Of a stretch of 64,000 bases of DNA, positions 26,216-35,365 are shown piece after piece (the stretch's first letter is position 1; each line of letters starts with the position of its first letter). The stretch spans positions 337,400 through 401,399 of the forward strand of contig CANLEH010000003.1 of the NCBI GenBank assembly GCA_947489665.1. The letters are read 5' to 3'. The position numbers and the translations under genes are program-made. The notes under the pieces are model-generated. The model was given only the letters and a program-made list of their open reading frames with translations. It was not told the origin of the DNA and ran no database searches. The stretch comes from an uncultured Roseicyclus sp. Its GTDB lineage: Bacteria; Pseudomonadota; Alphaproteobacteria; Rhodobacterales; Rhodobacteraceae.

Positions 26216-27315
26216 AGGGCGGCCCCTTGGCTGAGCGGTGCGGGGCTGCCGGGGGTAAGAGGCTGCAAATGGCCTTCGGCAACCAGCCAATCGTGAAAGC
26301 CATTTTCCACGTCAAACGGATCACTGAATGCGGCACGCAGGTCAGCGCGATCGCGGTAGAGTTGGCGCACCGTGTCCGGGATGCGGCGCCCATTGCTGAA
26401 CGTGCCGTAGTGCCAGTAGCGCGCCGGTATTTCTGCTGCGCTCGCCTTGGCGACGGCGCGTTTGTACCAGGCCCAAATCTCCAGCACCTCGGGATTGTCA
26501 TGGGCGTAGCGTCGGGTCATCTGATCGCCGACGGGGCCAAGTTTTGTGAAATGGAAAAACCGCAAGGGTGCGGCGTTCACGGTGATGTCGCCGGCTGCGG
26601 TAAAGGCGAGGCGGCGTTGCGACAGGTTCCAGCTGGCGACATTGCAGCCCGGGTCCCGCAGGACGTGGACATCGTCAAAGAAGCTGGGGACAAGGTCACA
26701 CCATTTCTGGTCGGTAAAGAGCCCCTTAGGAAGATTGTCCTGGCACCAATCCAGCAGGCGGTCGCCCCACCATTTGGCAAAGCGCCGCCCCTCGCCATCC
26801 GGCGTGTTGGCGACGCCGACAAAGCCAAGGTTATAGGCCCCCCATTTCAGAGAGGCGATTTCGTTGTCGCCGATTGCGACGGTGTTGGTGCGCGGTTCCG
26901 GATGGAGCTGATGGGGGGTCAGCAGGATGTCGGCGTCATCCAGCGCGGTCACAAGGGAGGAGAGATCATCGAAGATCGCGATGTCGGGATCGAAGAAAAA
27001 GACCTTCTCGGCGTCGGGTTTGTCGAGCAGATGCGCCAGCGCGCGGCCTTTCACGGCGGTGCAGGCCTCAACAATGTTGTGGCAGAACATCCAGCTGGCA
27101 AAGCGCGTGCCAATTTCAACCGACAAGAGATCTTCGGCGGTGAGGATGCTGTCGAAGTCAGACAACAGATCCTGCTGCGATGTGCCGTCCGGCGGCAAAT
27201 CCGTGACAACGGCACAAAGGTGCCAGGTTGGGTGCACCTGCCGCAGGCTTTGGGCGAGGACACGGGCCCGGTCGAGGTAGGAATAGGTGAAGGACGAAAA
27301 GGCGTAGATGGTCAT
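26212..27315 (-). CDS. Glycosyltransferase (GT-A / nucleotide-diphospho-sugar transferase fold)
   Basis: 367-aa ORF with a DxD-like FFDPDIAIF and YNLGFVGV blocks reminiscent of GT8-like enzymes. It overlaps its neighbours by 4 nt on both sides. Confidence 0.55.
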   Translation of the reverse strand: MTIYAFSSFTYSYLDRARVLAQSLRQVHPTWHLCAVVTDLPPDGTSQQDLLSDFDSILTAEDLLSVEIGTRFASWMFCHNIVEACTAVKGRALAHLLDKPDAEKVFFFDPDIAIFDDLSSLVTALDDADILLTPHQLHPEPRTNTVAIGDNEIASLKWGAYNLGFVGVANTPDGEGRRFAKWWGDRLLDWCQDNLPKGLFTDQKWCDLVPSFFDDVHVLRDPGCNVASWNLSQRRLAFTAAGDITVNAAPLRFFHFTKLGPVGDQMTRRYAHDNPEVLEIWAWYKRAVAKASAAEIPARYWHYGTFSNGRRIPDTVRQLYRDRADLRAAFSDPFDVENGFHDWLVAEGHLQPLTPGSPAPLSQGAAL

Positions 27316-29381
27316 GAAACGGCCCGTACTTTCCGGCTTTGTGCGGATTTCTTTGTGGCCCCGTTCTTTGGGAGCTTGGGAAGCGTTGTTGGCTTTGAAG
27401 GTGCATCGAGCACCGAGAAGCTGAGAGTGCTAGGAGCGGCCAAGAGCGCAGGCTGCTTTTTGCGGCGTTGGCGGGTCGCCTTGGCCAAAGCCTTGCGTTC
27501 GAGAAAGGTGTCGAGGTCGGCCGCGTCCGCCAGGATGTGGCCGCGTCCGGTTTCACGCACCAAAGCGGCGACATTTCCGCTTTCGGGATGTGTGATGACA
27601 TGGGCGCCGGCCTGCATGGCTTCGACAGTGGCGAAGGAGTAGGTTTCGACAAATTGCGCCCAGTGCACGACGAAATCGACATTCTCGCGTTGCAGGGCGT
27701 TGATCATGGCGGTGGGTGTTTCGGCGGTGACATCAACGGGGATCGTCTGAACGCCGGGTTCAATATGTTTCGCCGAGCCGAAGTAGAGAAAGCGCACATC
27801 GTTCCGCCCAAGGTTGCGCCGGGCGATATCGCGGAAGGTGGCGTACCCCTTGTGACGTTTGGGCGCCCCGATGAAAGCGATGGTCGTCGGCCCGGATTTC
27901 GCGGGTGCGGTGAAGGGGCCTTCGCTGAGATGGGCGTGGGGCGCAATTTCGAACCGTTCGAACGGCAAATCGCCCTTGGCGAACACGATATCGGCCGCCG
28001 CCTTGGAGGGGGCTATGGCCACTGTCGGGATCAATTGCAGCAGGGCCTTCAGGCGGCTGAGATGTTCATGCCGTTCGTCCCCGAACAGGCACATGCGGCA
28101 TGCGGTGGAGCCCGGATCAGGGGCGCCGCATTGGCGCACCAGGTTGCTTTGCAGGGCGTAGCTTGGGCAAAGGAAAAACTGATCATGCAGCCAGGCGTTC
28201 AGGCGCGTGACCCCGGCGCTTTTGCTAAGCGCTGCGACGTCTTCGGGGGAATGGCCCAATAGCGCGTGCAGGACGATGTCGATCTTGCGGCTGTCGCGAA
28301 AGCGGCGGGCCACGTCGAGCAGGCTGTCGATGTGAAGGGGACCGATGCGGTTTCCGGCGATCGTGGCGTAAAGGATCGGGCTTTCACCCAAGGGTGCCAG
28401 GCGCGGGCGCGGGCGTGCGGGGTGCAGCGCGATGTAGCCAATACCGCGCTCCGTAGCCTGTTGCATTTCCTTGCCGACGCAAAGCTGAATGCCGCCGCGA
28501 ATTTTCAGGAAATCGTCGTGGGTGAATGCAAAAACGAGCCGCTCTGATGTCGCCTCCACCGCTGCGAGAAGCTGTTGCGCGCCCAGTTCGCGTTGCAACG
28601 GCACTTGTTCGGGATGGGCGAAGAGCCAATCGTTTTCAACGCTTTCCAGGGTCGGCGAAGCCGCCAGAATACGGGCGACATCATCGGCACGGTCCTGAGC
28701 CAGCCGCCCTTCGTTGCGGCCTGCGCGGATGTAGTGGAGGAAGGGTGGAATATTGGCATCTGCGATGTCGGGATAGTGGCTGAGATAGGCGCGGGTCGAG
28801 AAAGTCGCCGTGGGATCCAGCCCCTGTTCCCAGCCGATCTGGAGATAGTGGCGCGCGGCGCTGACCGGATCATCGAAGGTCCTGCCGCTGGTTGCCGTGT
28901 AGAAGGCCAAGTCGATTTCATCCGCGATCTCTTTGGCGTCGCGATCGAGTTGTTGGGCCGAATTGATGGCGGCGGTTGCGCGGGCCTGTCGGCTGAGATG
29001 TGAGACCGTGGATGGCGGCACTTCGCGCCCTTCGTCGCGGCCGAAGTTGACGTAGTGCAGTAGGGGGTTCATCCCGGCATCGGCTACATCGAGATGCATG
29101 TCGAGATAGCCGTTGGTCGAGAAGTCAGGATGAGGATCGAGGCCGTCCTGCCAGCCGGTGCGCAGGTAGTGCGCCAAGGGGTCGGACAGAAGATCATCGT
29201 CGGAGAACTGAGCCAGGTAGAAGTCGGGGTCGAAATCGGGGCGCATCCGTTCCAATTCGCCAGCCTGTCTGGAGGATCGGTGGATGACACGGTTCAAGAA
29301 ACCGCGGCCGAGGGCGACCAACGTCTGCATGCTCGAATGTCCTTCGTCTGGAGGGTTGAGAAGCCTAACGGCCCCCGGCAC
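27312..29381 (-). CDS. Glycosyltransferase (GT-B, GT1/GT4-like C-terminal half) with four N-terminal repeats of about 37 aa
   Basis: 689-aa ORF with a GTG start at 29381. An alternative ATG 29330 is preceded by GAAGGA. The C-terminal ETYSFATVEAMQAGAHVITHPESGNVAALV matches the GT4 E..EAM..G.PVI motif. Confidence 0.6.
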   Translation of the reverse strand: MPGAVRLLNPPDEGHSSMQTLVALGRGFLNRVIHRSSRQAGELERMRPDFDPDFYLAQFSDDDLLSDPLAHYLRTGWQDGLDPHPDFSTNGYLDMHLDVADAGMNPLLHYVNFGRDEGREVPPSTVSHLSRQARATAAINSAQQLDRDAKEIADEIDLAFYTATSGRTFDDPVSAARHYLQIGWEQGLDPTATFSTRAYLSHYPDIADANIPPFLHYIRAGRNEGRLAQDRADDVARILAASPTLESVENDWLFAHPEQVPLQRELGAQQLLAAVEATSERLVFAFTHDDFLKIRGGIQLCVGKEMQQATERGIGYIALHPARPRPRLAPLGESPILYATIAGNRIGPLHIDSLLDVARRFRDSRKIDIVLHALLGHSPEDVAALSKSAGVTRLNAWLHDQFFLCPSYALQSNLVRQCGAPDPGSTACRMCLFGDERHEHLSRLKALLQLIPTVAIAPSKAAADIVFAKGDLPFERFEIAPHAHLSEGPFTAPAKSGPTTIAFIGAPKRHKGYATFRDIARRNLGRNDVRFLYFGSAKHIEPGVQTIPVDVTAETPTAMINALQRENVDFVVHWAQFVETYSFATVEAMQAGAHVITHPESGNVAALVRETGRGHILADAADLDTFLERKALAKATRQRRKKQPALLAAPSTLSFSVLDAPSKPTTLPKLPKNGATKKSAQSRKVRAVS

Positions 29382-29414
29382 CCATGCGTGCTGCGCGGGT
29401 TCCCCCCGCGACCT

Positions 29415-32400
29415 TCAGACGAAGTTAAAATCGGATTCGGTCAAAACTCCGTTAAAGTTGGCCAAAGTTATTAGGTCTCCACCGCCGGACACGAGGTTGA
29501 TGTAGGTGTGGGAGCTGTCGGAGGTGATTGAAAGGTCATTGATCGACGCCGTGCCGCTGACCTCAGACAGGTTCATAACGTCGCTGCCTTGCGCGAAATC
29601 GGCGATCACGTCTTCGCCCCAACCGTCGTCGAACTTGAACTCGTCTGCGCCAGCCCCACCAAGGAGGAAGTCCTTTCCCTGCCCGCCCTGAAGCGTGTCA
29701 TTACCCGCGTCACCGATCAGGGCATCGTCGCCCGCGCCGCCGAAAACGTCATCATCATCGCCGTCGGCATAGACGGTGTCATTGCCGTTGCCACCGATGA
29801 TCCGGTCATCCCCAGTTCCGCCGGTGATGACAAAGCCTGCGCCAGCCCCGGTGGCATCAATCGTATCGTTGCCGATGAACCCTTCGATCCGCTCAACACC
29901 CGACCACGCGCCAACGGCGATGTTCACTCCGCCCGCGGTATTCAGGATTGCGGTGTCATATCCGTCGCCCCCGTCAGCCACGACATCGCCGCTTTCGCCG
30001 ATGAAGAACTGGTCGTGGCCATCGCCGCCGTTGAAGGTGTCGTTGCCGGTTCCACCTTGCAAGGTGTCAGCGCCTGCGCCGCCGCTCAAGATGTCGTTTC
30101 CGGTGCCACCGAGGAGGATGTCGTCGCCCGCGCCGCCGGTGATCTGATCGTTCCCGGCCCCGCCCCAAATCAGCCGCGTATCATTGGCCCCGGTCGCGTC
30201 GATCGTGTCGTTGCCGGTGAACCCTTCGACCCGCTCAACCGAGGCCCAACCTCCGATGGAAAGCGAGACGCCCGATGCGTTGTTGACGGTCGCGACGTCA
30301 TAGCCCGATCCGCCGTCGGAGATACTGTCACCACCGCCGTCGATGTAGAAGACGTCGAGCCCGGCCCCGCCTGACATGGTGTCGTTGCCAGCTTCGCCGA
30401 GGATCGTGTCGTTGCCGCCCCCCCCGGACAGAATGTCATTTCCATTGCCCCCCAACAGGATGTCATTGCCATTGCCGCCGGTGATCACGTCGTTGCCGTT
30501 ATGGCCCCAGATGAGGATTTGGTCCTGTTGGCCGGTGGCATTGATCGTATCATTTCCGGTGAAGCCTTCGACCCGTTCCACACCGGACCAGCCAGACATT
30601 TGCAGGTTCTGGCCGGTGGCGACCACGATCTGCGCAAGGTCGTAGCCATTCGCACCAGAGTCGGTCACGACGTCGCCGGTGGTGACGTAGTAGGTGTCAT
30701 CTTCGGCCCCGCCATCCATGCTGTCATTGCCGTCTTCGCCGATCAGGATGTCTGTGCTGAGCCCGCCAAGCAGAATGTCTGCGCCCGTGCCGCCCACAAG
30801 GGTATCGGCCCCGGCCCCCCCTTCGAGTGTGTCGTCGCCCGCATTGCCGTTGAGCAGGTCACGGTCGGCGCCACCATCCAGAAAATCGCCGCCTTCGCCG
30901 CCCATCAGCGTGTCATTTCCGGCGGCGCCGTTCAGGGTGTCGGCCCCGTCATTGCCGATGATCTGGTTTGCGACGCCATTGCCATCAACGGAGTCGTTTC
31001 CGGTGCCAGCGGTATAATTCTCGATCACCGTGCCCCGTGCGATCCACATGTTGTCATTGTGGCCCGCGCCGTAGGGGTTGAGGATGGTTGAGAGGGTCTC
31101 GGCCTCTAGCGAGACAAACTGGTCGGATGTGTCGAAGGAAAAATCGATCAGGTCGGTTCCACCGACATCGTTGATCGTAAAGGCGATGGCCGAATTGTCG
31201 AACATGCCGCCGGGATTTGTCCCGGTCTCCAGATAGTCGAACAGGGCGGCAAGGTAGCTGCCGTTGGTGTTGAGGTCAGACCCGGCAAAGGCGTCGCCCA
31301 AGGTGTGGCCCGCGCCGAAGATCGTGTTCCCGGCTGTTGGGCTGCTTGCGGTATCAGCGGCTCCGTAGAGGTTTTCCAACGCGATGATATCGACAAGCAT
31401 GGGCGAGATGACGGCGGCGTTGGTGGAGCCGGTGAACGGGTTCTCGTTCTGGTCAAAGTAGGACATGACCGAGGCCAGCCAGCTGTCGTTAAGGAAGGTG
31501 TTGGTGTTGCTGGCACCGACATTGTTCAGGCCATAGCTGGCCGAGCCGTTATAATTGCCTTGGTGGCCAAGGCCGAGGGCGTGCCCGATTTCATGGATAT
31601 AGGTCTGGAAACCGTAATCGTTGATGTCGTCCTGGCCCGTCGCGATCCAGCTTTTGTGAATGTTGATGAAGGCCGAGGTGGTGACGGTCGGGTTGTTCCA
31701 GGCGGAGTTGTAGGTCGCATAGGCGCCGGTTTGTTCATCATCGAACGTGATGTCCGCGCCTGAGGTGACAACGTCGAACGTCACGTCGATCACCATCTCG
31801 AAGCTTTGCAGCGCCCAGAGGGCAAGTTTTTGCCCGGCGGCATTCAGCGCGTCGATGTCCACCGTGATGATTTTGCTGGAACCGGTGTTGAAGGAATGGC
31901 CAACACCGCCACGATCCTGCCAGAAGCCGTCGGTCAGATAATTGGCGAGCGTGTCCTGGCTGACGATGGATTTGGACGGGTTCAGGACATCGGTGGTCAA
32001 CCGGTAGCCACCGGTCATCCATTCGCTGTTGCTGGAAGAGCTGATGAACGCACCCACATCGATGAAATACGTCCCCGTTTCCTGCGCCTGGAAGTTGAGC
32101 AGGGCGTTGTAGTCGGTGCCCCCATCATCGTTGATTGCGATCACCGTGCCCTCGTCATCGCGCAGACGCAGGAAGCTGTCGTCCAGCGGATCACCAGTGC
32201 GTCCCGTGACTGAGAACGAATAATGCTGGCCCGCGGTCAGGTCGATGGCGACCCAATCGCGGTCGCCCGCGAAGGAAATGGTGCCGTCAAACGTATCGTT
32301 GGTGCCCATGAAATAGGCCGTTGCCGGGCCATTGGCCGCATCAATATTGGCCTTTTCGACGCCTGAGCCATCGCTTTGCGAGAACAGGAAAGGGCCGTCA

Positions 32401-32522
32401 TATCCGGACGGAATGGCGGTGAAAGGCAGCGGCGCCACGCCAAGGGCTATGTCATCGGCCAGAAGTTCAGCGTAGGTGCATTCCTTGTCTTGCGGGCGGA
32501 ATGCGGCGCAGATCGTACACAT
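29415..32522 (-). CDS. Serralysin-like (M10B) zinc metalloprotease with a PPC-like domain and extensive RTX repeats
   Basis: Track ORF 29415..32630 trimmed to ATG 32522 (MCTICAAFRPQDKEC). It has the zinc site HEIGHALGLGH and Met-turn SVMSY. DRDWVAIDLTAGQHYSFSV is like a pre-peptidase C-terminal domain. The C-terminal half is GGxGxD repeats with a T1SS-like tail. Confidence 0.85.
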   Translation of the reverse strand: MCTICAAFRPQDKECTYAELLADDIALGVAPLPFTAIPSGYDGPFLFSQSDGSGVEKANIDAANGPATAYFMGTNDTFDGTISFAGDRDWVAIDLTAGQHYSFSVTGRTGDPLDDSFLRLRDDEGTVIAINDDGGTDYNALLNFQAQETGTYFIDVGAFISSSSNSEWMTGGYRLTTDVLNPSKSIVSQDTLANYLTDGFWQDRGGVGHSFNTGSSKIITVDIDALNAAGQKLALWALQSFEMVIDVTFDVVTSGADITFDDEQTGAYATYNSAWNNPTVTTSAFINIHKSWIATGQDDINDYGFQTYIHEIGHALGLGHQGNYNGSASYGLNNVGASNTNTFLNDSWLASVMSYFDQNENPFTGSTNAAVISPMLVDIIALENLYGAADTASSPTAGNTIFGAGHTLGDAFAGSDLNTNGSYLAALFDYLETGTNPGGMFDNSAIAFTINDVGGTDLIDFSFDTSDQFVSLEAETLSTILNPYGAGHNDNMWIARGTVIENYTAGTGNDSVDGNGVANQIIGNDGADTLNGAAGNDTLMGGEGGDFLDGGADRDLLNGNAGDDTLEGGAGADTLVGGTGADILLGGLSTDILIGEDGNDSMDGGAEDDTYYVTTGDVVTDSGANGYDLAQIVVATGQNLQMSGWSGVERVEGFTGNDTINATGQQDQILIWGHNGNDVITGGNGNDILLGGNGNDILSGGGGNDTILGEAGNDTMSGGAGLDVFYIDGGGDSISDGGSGYDVATVNNASGVSLSIGGWASVERVEGFTGNDTIDATGANDTRLIWGGAGNDQITGGAGDDILLGGTGNDILSGGAGADTLQGGTGNDTFNGGDGHDQFFIGESGDVVADGGDGYDTAILNTAGGVNIAVGAWSGVERIEGFIGNDTIDATGAGAGFVITGGTGDDRIIGGNGNDTVYADGDDDDVFGGAGDDALIGDAGNDTLQGGQGKDFLLGGAGADEFKFDDGWGEDVIADFAQGSDVMNLSEVSGTASINDLSITSDSSHTYINLVSGGGDLITLANFNGVLTESDFNFV

Positions 32523-32677
32523 GTGAAGCCGGCCTTTCCGTGTCGTGGCAGAAGCGTGTTGGCCCATGAAGCGGCCCGCGGCGTCGGAAAGCGGGCGAAA
32601 ATTGGGGCAAGACTTTGTCTCTTGTCTCAAAGGCTGATAGCCATCGAAACGAAGCAGTAAGAAAAGGCTAAGGCAGC

Positions 32678-34198
32678 ATGGCAGACACGCCGAAACCGGT
32701 GGTTTTGTGTATCCTGGACGGGTGGGGGATTGGTCAGACCGAGGCCGACAACGCGCCGTTGCTGGCGCGGACCCCGACGATGGATCGGTTGATGGACACG
32801 TGCCCGAATGCCACGCTGCTGACCCATGGGCGCGATGTGGGCCTGCCAGACGGCCAGATGGGCAATTCCGAGGTCGGACACACGAATATCGGGGCTGGTC
32901 GGGTCGTGAAGATGGACCTCGTTGAGATCAACGATGCGATTGCGGAGGGGACCTTTGCCTCGCGCCCCGCGCTGGTGGAGTTCATCGAGACGCTGAAGGG
33001 CTCTGGCGGGACGGCGCATTTGATGGGGCTCGTCAGCGATGGCGGCGTGCATTCGCAACTGACGCATCTGGAGACGGCGGTGGAGGTGATCGCGGGTGCG
33101 GGCGTGCCGGTGGTGATCCATGCGATCACGGATGGGCGTGACGTGGCGCCGAAAAGTGCTGCGGGTTTCGTGGAAGGGCTGATGGCGCGGCTTCCGGACG
33201 GCGCGCGGATTGGCACGGTTCTGGGACGCTACTTTGCGATGGATCGCGATAACCGGTGGGATCGGGTGCAAAAGGCGTACGGTGCGATGGTTCTGGGGGG
33301 CGGTGACGCTTTTGGCGACCCACTAGAAGCGGTGCGCGCTGCCTATGACGCAGACAAGACCGACGAGTTCATCCCGCCGAGTGTGATCGGTGACTATCCC
33401 GGAATGCAGGATGACGATGGCATATTCATGCTGAACTACCGGGCGGACCGGGCGCGGGAGATCCTGGCGGCGATTGGCGATCCGGATTTCGATGCGTTTG
33501 ATGTGTTCGGTCGGCCCGAGCTGGCGGCGCGGCTGGGGATGGTCGACTATTCCAAGGCGCATGACGAATACATGACGACTGTTTTCCCGAAGCAGGAGAT
33601 CGTGAACACACTGGGCGAGTGGGTCGCGAAGAAGGGATTGCGGCAGTTCCGGCTGGCGGAGACGGAGAAGTATCCGCATGTGACGTTCTTCCTGAACGGT
33701 GGGGTTGAGGTGCCGGAGGAGGGTGAGGATCGGTCGATGCCGAAATCCCCCGATGTGGCAACTTACGACCTGCAGCCAGAGATGAGCGCGGGCGAGGTGA
33801 CGGCGCAGTTCGTGGGCGCGATCCGCGAGGGCTATGATCTGATCGTGGTGAACTTCGCCAACCCGGACATGGTCGGGCATACGGGCGATTTGCAGGCGGC
33901 GATTGCGGCCTGTGAGGCGGTGGATGAGGGCCTCGGGCAAGCGGTTGCGGCGCTGGAAGAAGTTGGGGGTGCCATGATCGTCTGCGCCGATCACGGCAAT
34001 TGCGAAACGATGGTGGATCCGGAAACGGGCGGGCCGCACACGGCCCATACGACGAATTTGGTGCCAGTGGTGATGGTTGGTGGACCCGAAGGTGCAACCT
34101 TGCGGGACGGGCGTTTGGCGGATCTGGCCCCATCGCTGTTGCAGTTGATGGGGCTGGAGCAGCCGGAAGAAATGACCGGGGAGAGCTTGATCGCATGA
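32678..34198 (+). CDS. gpmI: 2,3-bisphosphoglycerate-independent phosphoglycerate mutase
   Basis: 506-aa ORF with LCILDGWG, MGNSEVGHTNIGAGR and ADHGN motifs. Confidence 0.92.
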   Translation: MADTPKPVVLCILDGWGIGQTEADNAPLLARTPTMDRLMDTCPNATLLTHGRDVGLPDGQMGNSEVGHTNIGAGRVVKMDLVEINDAIAEGTFASRPALVEFIETLKGSGGTAHLMGLVSDGGVHSQLTHLETAVEVIAGAGVPVVIHAITDGRDVAPKSAAGFVEGLMARLPDGARIGTVLGRYFAMDRDNRWDRVQKAYGAMVLGGGDAFGDPLEAVRAAYDADKTDEFIPPSVIGDYPGMQDDDGIFMLNYRADRAREILAAIGDPDFDAFDVFGRPELAARLGMVDYSKAHDEYMTTVFPKQEIVNTLGEWVAKKGLRQFRLAETEKYPHVTFFLNGGVEVPEEGEDRSMPKSPDVATYDLQPEMSAGEVTAQFVGAIREGYDLIVVNFANPDMVGHTGDLQAAIAACEAVDEGLGQAVAALEEVGGAMIVCADHGNCETMVDPETGGPHTAHTTNLVPVVMVGGPEGATLRDGRLADLAPSLLQLMGLEQPEEMTGESLIA

Positions 34199-35325
34199 TC
34201 CTGCGCGCAGCCCTCCTCGGCCTTTCAGCCCTCCTCGCAGCTGCGCCCGGCGGGGCGCAGACGGACCCGTCGATGACAGCGCGGGAGGCCACGCGGATGT
34301 TGGAGGATGCGGCCAGCGCGCTTCGGGATGCTGACGGTGCACGTGACCGGGTCGAGGCCCTGACAGAGACGGTGCGCGCTTATGAGCACGGATTGGATGC
34401 ATTGCGCGCCGGTATCCGCGAAGCCGCCTTGCGCGAGCAGACCATTGTTCTGGTGTTCGAGGCGGAGCGCGAACGATTGGCGCAGTTGCTCGGCGTGCTG
34501 CAACGGATCGAGGAGGCCCCTGCGCCTGCGACGCTGCTGCATCCGGAAGGCCCGCTTGGCACCGCGCGGCTTGGCATGATCGTTGCTGACGTGACACCTG
34601 CCGTGGCCCGCGAGGCGGTAGCACTTCGGGAGCAGTTGGAGGAGTTGGCCGTGTTGCGGGCCTTGCAGGACGGTGCAATCGCTGAGTTGGAGCGCGCCGT
34701 GCAAGGCGTGCAGGAGGCGCGCACTGCGCTGAGCCAGGCGATTGCTGACCGGGTGGATCTGCCCGAACGGTTCGATCTGGACGGCGCAGCCATGGCGCAA
34801 CTGGCGGGTAGCATCGACAGCCTGTCGAGTTTCGCGTCGCTGCTTGGCGAAAGCACGGCTGAGACCACGGCTGATCTGCCGGATTTCGAAAGCGCGCGGG
34901 GGGAATTGCCATTCCCTGTGCTTGGCGCCTTGTTGCGTCGCTTCGATGAGGCGGATGCTGCAGGCATTGCCCGGCCCGGGGTTTTATACGCCGTGGAGCC
35001 GCGCGCGTTGCTGACGGCACCATGGCCAGCCTCGATCCGCTATGCCGGGCCGCTGCTGGATTACGGAAATGTCATTATTCTCGAGCCCGACGCGGATTAT
35101 CTTCTCATTCTGGCGGGTGCGGGTGATTTGTTCGTGACCGCAGGTGAATTGGTGCCCGGAGGCGCCCCATTGGGCTTAATGCCGGGTCAGACCGGTGAGG
35201 ATGAGACGGATTTGATCGTTTCCGACGCGCAAGGCGGTGGCGCCGGGCTGACGGAAACGCTTTATATGGAACTGAGACAGGGCGGGAGCCCGGTGAATCC
35301 GCTGGACTGGTTCGCCGCGAACTGA
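34195..35325 (+). CDS. Murein hydrolase activator EnvC-like / M23 (LytM) family peptidase
   Basis: Track ORF 34000..35325 trimmed to ATG 34195, which overlaps the gpmI stop (ATGA). It has a signal peptide MILRAALLGLSALLAAAPGGAQ, a coiled-coil middle and a C-terminal LytM-type block GNVIILEPDADYLLILAG. Confidence 0.75.
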   Translation: MILRAALLGLSALLAAAPGGAQTDPSMTAREATRMLEDAASALRDADGARDRVEALTETVRAYEHGLDALRAGIREAALREQTIVLVFEAERERLAQLLGVLQRIEEAPAPATLLHPEGPLGTARLGMIVADVTPAVAREAVALREQLEELAVLRALQDGAIAELERAVQGVQEARTALSQAIADRVDLPERFDLDGAAMAQLAGSIDSLSSFASLLGESTAETTADLPDFESARGELPFPVLGALLRRFDEADAAGIARPGVLYAVEPRALLTAPWPASIRYAGPLLDYGNVIILEPDADYLLILAGAGDLFVTAGELVPGGAPLGLMPGQTGEDETDLIVSDAQGGGAGLTETLYMELRQGGSPVNPLDWFAAN

Positions 35326-35365
35326 GGCTCCGGCTGTGACAGATGTTGAGGAAGGACGACGCGCG

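Noticed and set aside
22487-32522. Periodic DNA repeats in the RTX genes as possible CRISPR or other tandem-repeat arrays.
   Set aside because: The periodicity is the 27-nt GGxGxDxxx coding repeat and a coding super-repeat of about 345 nt within intact long ORFs. No spacer-repeat structure or cas genes are present.
33323-35023. 566-aa minus-strand ORF, and similar long ORFs at 18500..19897 (-), 21530..22528 (-), 14600..16066 (+), 26227..27642 (+), 9296..10537 (-), 44111..45238 (-), 50636..51712 (+) and 62748..63422 (+).
   Set aside because: All lie antisense to genes with clear conserved motifs (gpmI/envC, rsfS/rlmH/kpsM, kpsT, smc, GT, MltB, ccrM, lpxK, leuS). Their products are Arg/Pro/Ala/Gly-rich low-complexity strings, typical of stop-codon-poor antisense frames in high-GC DNA.
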